A stretch of 22,761 nucleotides of DNA, taken from the NCBI GenBank assembly GCA_040752695.1, contig JBFMGO010000100.1, positions 1 through 22,761 of the forward strand, in the 5' to 3' direction. The notes under the pieces are model-generated. The model did no database searches. It was not told the DNA's origin and saw only the letters and a program-made list of their open reading frames with translations. This DNA is from a bacterium (GTDB taxonomy: Bacteria > SZUA-182 > DTGQ01). Positions 10,601-16,600 of the stretch are shown piece by piece (position 1 is the stretch's first letter; the number at the start of each line of letters is the position of its first letter). A program made the position numbers and the translations under genes.

Positions 10601-13600
10601 AAGGTACAGTAAGGAGAGATTGAACCTGGCTATTCCTCCAAAGCATCTGGCCTATGTTATCTATACCTCAGGCTCCACAGGGAAACCCAAAGGAGTAATG
10701 GTAGAGCACAGGCAATATGTGAATGCTGCCTATGCCTGGAGGGATGTCTATAGGTTGAGGAGTCAGGACTCAGAAGTGAATCTTCTTCAAATAGCCGGTA
10801 TCTCCTTTGATGTATTTGCGGGTGATCTGGCCAAGGCACTTGTAAATGGAGGAAAGCTCATACTCTGCCCTGAGGATTTGTGCCCAGATTTTGAGGGAAT
10901 GTATGCCTTGATCAAAAATCAAAAGGTGAGCCTGTTTGAGTCAACCCCGGCCCTGATTATACCCTTTATGGATTACGTCTACACTTTTGGCTTGAATATA
11001 GATAGCTTGCAGTTGCTCATCCTTGGTTCGGATACCTGTAATGCTGAGGATTTCAGGACACTGAGTCTGCGCTTTGGGGACAGGATGAGAATTATCAATA
11101 GCTATGGGGTCACAGAGGCAACCATAGATACAAGCTGCTATGAAGAATCCCTTGGCAAACTTCTTCAATCCGGAACTGTGCCCATCGGAAGACCGCTTCC
11201 GAATATGACCTGCTACATCCTTGATGAAAATGAGAAGCTTCAGCCCATCGGAGTTCCCGGTGAACTATACATAGGGGGTGCTGGAGTATCAAGGGGGTAT
11301 GTGTCCCAAGAGGAATTAACGAAAGAAAGATTCAGAAGAAACCCTTATATCAAGGGAGAACGTGTCTATAAGACTGGAGATCTGGCAAAATGGCTTCCGG
11401 ATGGCACTCTTGCCTTTTTGGGCAGATCAGATTATCAGGTCAAGATCAGAGGGTACAGAATAGAGCCCGGAGAGATAGAGTCAAAGCTTAAAGGACACAG
11501 CGAGATAAAAGAGGCGGTGGTCATTGATGGTGAAGATAATGCTGGTGATAAATACCTATGTGCATATGTTGTTAGTGACCGAGCGATTGAGGCACAGGAA
11601 TTGGAAGAGCACCTGTCACAATCATTGCCCAGGTACATGATACCTTCCTTTTTTATTCAAGTGGAAAAAATACCACTGACTCCAAATGGCAAGGTAGACA
11701 GAAAGGCTTTGCCTTTACCTGCGATAGCTGCAGGGCAAAAGTATATTGGCCCAAGGGATAGAATCGAGGAAAAGTTAGTTGAAATCTGGTCAGAAATACT
11801 GAGAAAAGAAGGAGAGCTCATCAGCATTGATGCAAACTTTTTTCATTTGGGCGGGCACTCATTGAAGGCAACCATCCTTGCCTCCAGAATACATAAGGTG
11901 TTTGAGATAAAAGTGCCTCTGAACATCATTTTCAAGTATCCTACTATAGAAGAAATAGCCAAATACCTAAAGGGTAAAGAAAAAGATCAATACCTGGCTA
12001 TAAGGCCGGCGGATCAAAAGGAATATTATCCTCTATCATCAGCCCAAAAGAGACTCTATATTCTGCAGCAGTTCGAGGAAAATAGTATAAGCTATAACAT
12101 CCCCTTGATATTTCCCTTGGCAGAAGGACTGGATAAAGAGAGGCTTGAGGATATCCTCAAAAAATTAATAACCAGGCATGAGAGCCTGCGGACCTCTTTT
12201 GAAATAATCGATGATGAACCAGTGCAAAAAATTCACCAGGAGGTCTCCTTCTCGATAGAATACTACGAAACTGATGAGAGTGATCTTGACATCATAAGGA
12301 GCAACCTCACGAAAGCCTTTCACTTGAGCCAGGCTCCTCTTTTAAGAGCAATTTATGTGCAAATGATTTCTTCCTCCCGGGCGGCAGGTTTTATCGATAT
12401 GCATCACATTATTACTGATGCTGAGTCAAATCAAATCTTAATCCGGGAGATTAAGGCCCTGTATGAAGGGAGGGAATTGCCGGAGCTTCAGCTCCAGTAT
12501 AAGGATTTTTCCGAGTGGCAAAACAGCCGGGAGCAGCAGGAACAGATCAGGCAGCAGGAATTATACTGGCTGGCAATATTTTCAGATGAGATACCTGTGC
12601 TGAATCTGCCCACAGATTACCCAAGACCTCCCGTGCGAAGCTTTGAGGGCAGCACAGTCGACTTTACCTTAACGGAAAAAGAAACCCGGATACTAAAGGA
12701 GGCAGCCAGAGAGACAGAAACCACACTTTTTATGGTTGTTCTTTCCCTCTATACCATCCTTCTTTCAAGATTGAGCGGCCAGGAGGATATTGTTGTAGGA
12801 ACTCCCATAGCCGGACGAAGGCATGCTGATCTGGAAGGCATTGTCGGAATGTTCGTGAACACCCTGGCCCTGCGGAACTACCCACACGGGGGAAAAAGCC
12901 TGGCCGGTTTTTTCGCAGAGGTAAAGGAGAGGACTCTTAAGGCCTTTGAGAATCAAGAGTTTCAGTTTGAGGACCTGGTTGATAAACGAAAGATTCAAAG
13001 GGAAATGAGCCGCAATCCCCTGTTTGATGTAATGCTTAATATATTAAACCAGGCAGAGTCCCAGGAGGACATGCTCAGGGGCAATGAGCAGGATTTCTTT
13101 AGGCATAAAAAGAGTACAGCCAAATGTGATCTGACCCTGACCGCTCTGGAAACCGGGAAGAGGCTGTATTTTCAATTTGAATATAGCACCAGACTCTTTC
13201 ATCCGGCCACTATCGAAAGATTTATCAGCTCCTTTAGACAGCTCATCCAGGCAATGAGAAAGGGCATGCAGCAGCGGTTATCAGATCTTGAAATACTGTC
13301 TGACCGGGAAAGGAATCAGCTCCTCCATGATTTTAACCAAACCGAAAGTTCCTATCCAAAGGACAAGACCATTCAAGAGTTGTTTGAAGCGCAGGTTGAA
13401 ATGACGCCGGATAATATAGCTGTATCCTCCGGAGGCAAAAGCATTACCTATTCGGAATTAAATAAAAGAGCCAATCAACTGGCCAGGGTGCTGAGAGAAA
13501 AGGGAACAGGCAGGGACTGTATTGTAGGAATACTCATGAATCGCTCAATAGAGGTGGTGATCGGTATACTGGGAATAGTAAAGGCAGGGGGATGCTACTT

Positions 13601-16600
13601 GCCGATTGACCCGGAATACCCGCAAGAGAGAATGCTCTCTATGCTGGAGGATAGTAAGGCCCAAATCCTCCTGACCCAGGATACTTTCAGAAGTAAAGTA
13701 AAATTTCGTGGTGAAATGATCAATGGAGAAGATGAAAAGGTATATGCAGGAAATTCTTCTAATTTATCGAATATAAACAAGCCTGATGATCTGGTGTATG
13801 TAATCTATACCTCCGGGTCAACAGGAAAACCTAAGGGTGTGATGATATGCCACCAGGGGCTGATCAATTATATTGAATGGGCCAAAAAGGTATATATCAG
13901 AGATGATAATCCAGCCTTTCCATTATATTCGTCCTTATCTTTTGATTTAACAGTTACTTCAATCTTTACTCCCTTGATTTCAGGAAACAAGATAATAATT
14001 TATGAAGATGATAAGAAGGATCTTCTTATCGCCAGGGTGATACAAGAGAATAAGGCGGGAATAGTGAAAGTTACCCCGACCCACCTTAACCTGATAAAGG
14101 AGGGCTATTATGGCAAGTCCAGTATCAAGCGACTGATTGTAGGAGGAGAAGACCTTAAAACTGAGCTGGCCAGGCAGATATATACTGCTTTTGATGGGAA
14201 TATTGAAATATACAATGAATACGGGCCGACTGAAGCATCTGTGGGCTGTATGATTTATAAATTCGATTTTGAAAGTGATACAAGGCCATCTGTACCAATA
14301 GGCGTTCCGGCAGATAACGTTCAGGTGTATATAGTGGATAAGTACCTGAATCTTTTGCCAATAGGTGTTGCGGGCGAATTGTGCATCGGAGGGGATGGGT
14401 TGGCCAGGGGATACTTATACAGACCGGAACTGACCGCTGAAAAATTTATTCCTCATCCCTTTATCCAGGGAGAGAGAATATACAAAACAGGCGATCTGGC
14501 CAGATGGCTTCCTGATGGCCGGGTGGAATTTCTCGGCAGGATGGATCATCAGGTCAAAATAAGAGGATTCAGGATAGAGCTTGGAGAGATCGAAAGTCAG
14601 TTGCTCACTCATGAGGCTGTTCAAGAAGCTGTAGTGCTGGCTCAGGAGGCCGATGACGGCCACAACTATTTATGCGCCTATCTTGTTTCAGAAAGGGAAC
14701 TGACAACTGATGAATTAAGAAGGCATCTATCAAGAAGCCTGCCTGATTACATGATCCCTTCATATTTTATTCGGCTGGAGGAATTACCTTTTACCGCCAA
14801 TGGTAAAATAGATCGCCGAGCCTTGCTGGAGATGGGAAAAAACGCCGGTCTTAGCACAAGTGCCGCCTACCAGCCGCCGCGTAACCACATTGAAAAGCAA
14901 CTGGTGGAGATATGGGAAAAGGTCTTAAGAAGAAAAAATATTGGCATCAATGATAATTTTTTTATGGTTGGCGGAGACTCCATCAGGATTATTCAAATTA
15001 TTTCAAGGCTGAGCACGTTTGGCTATAAGCTGAGTGTAAGAGATGTATTCCTTCATCCGACCATAGCCGGATTAGCTCCTCTGGTTAAGTCTGTAAAGCG
15101 CATAGCTGAGCAAGGGCCGGTTACCGGACATCTGCCCTTGACTCCGAATGATTATACCTACAAAAAGCTGCCCATTGAGGTAGTGAGTCACCTGCAGGAG
15201 TTATATGAACTAAAAGATATATATACCTTATCTCCTCTGCAGGAGGGCATGTTATTTCATGCCCTGTATGATAAAACTTCTCCTGCCTATTTTGAGCAAT
15301 TCTCCTATCGATTGGAAGGCAGGCTGGAAATATCTCTGGTAGAAAGGTCGCTCCAGGAGCTCTCCCAGCGGCATGATGTATTAAGGACAGTATTTCTCTC
15401 TGAAAATATGGGCCGTCCCATTCAACTGGTGCTCAAAGACAGAGCCCCTGAATTTTCATTTGAAGATATACGTAACAGAGGCGGGGAGGCAGAAAGAAAG
15501 GCTTTCATAAGGGATTTCAAGGTCAGGGATAAGGAGCGTCTGTTTGACTTAAGCAAAGGTCCTCTCATCAGGATGAGCATCCTTCAAGTATCGGAGGCAA
15601 GCTATGAAGTTATCTGGAGCTATCACCATATCCTGATGGATGGCTGGTGTTCAGGGATACTGCTGGCAGAATTTTTCGAAATTTACCAGAGCCTGGTTGA
15701 AAATCGTCCCCACACACTACCGGAAGCACCACCCTATAGCAGATATATCGCCTGGCTGGAAAATCAGGACAGGGAGCAATCAAGAAGATATTGGATTGAT
15801 TATTTATCCCTCTATGATGAGGCAACAGGCATCCCGAAGTCAAAGAACAATCAAAAACCCGGTGGCGGCTATCAGCACGGGCACTCTGTATTCACTCTCT
15901 CAGAGGAGAGAACCCGCAGGTTGAGCCAACTTTCAGGAAGGTTGAAAGTTACCCTGAATACGATTATCCAGACTGTCTGGGGGGTCTTGCTCGCCAAATA
16001 TACTGGTAAAACAGATGTAGTTTTTGGGGCGGTAGTTTCAGGCCGACCATCAGAAATAGAAGGAATAGAGTCGATGGTTGGATTATTTATCAATGCTATC
16101 CCTGTGCGTATACAATATGACGAGAGCATGCAATTTGACACTTTGCTTCAGCAGGTACAAGAGAGAGCCATAGAAAGTGAACCTTACCATTATTATCCAC
16201 TGGCTGAAATACAGGCAAATTCCGAGTTAAAACAAAATTTAGTTGACCACCTGGTAGTATTTGAAAATTATCCTCTTGGCGAGATCATTGAAAACCTTCC
16301 TGTTAAAGTAACTCGGGGAGAAGTGTTCGAGCAGACCAATTATGACTTTAACCTTCTTGTTTCTCCGGGAGGCACATTAGGCATGGAATTTAAATATAAT
16401 GCAAACTTGTTCCAGGCTGATTTCGTACAATCCATAGCCAGGCACTTTCTTCACATAATAGACCAGATTATAGAAAATGAAAAAGTGACCATGAAAGCCC
16501 TCCATCTTCTCTCGGAAGAGGAAAAAAATCAAATCCTCCATGGCCTTAACAATACCAATTTCTCTTATCCGAAGGATAAGACTATCCATGAATTATTTGA

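Noticed and set aside
12020..15200. Colibactin/zwittermicin-type N-acyl-D-Asn prodrug module
   Set aside because: The Asn module is internal and penultimate, not an initiating C-A-T-E module, its E domain is missing, and no ClbP-like peptidase is in the window.
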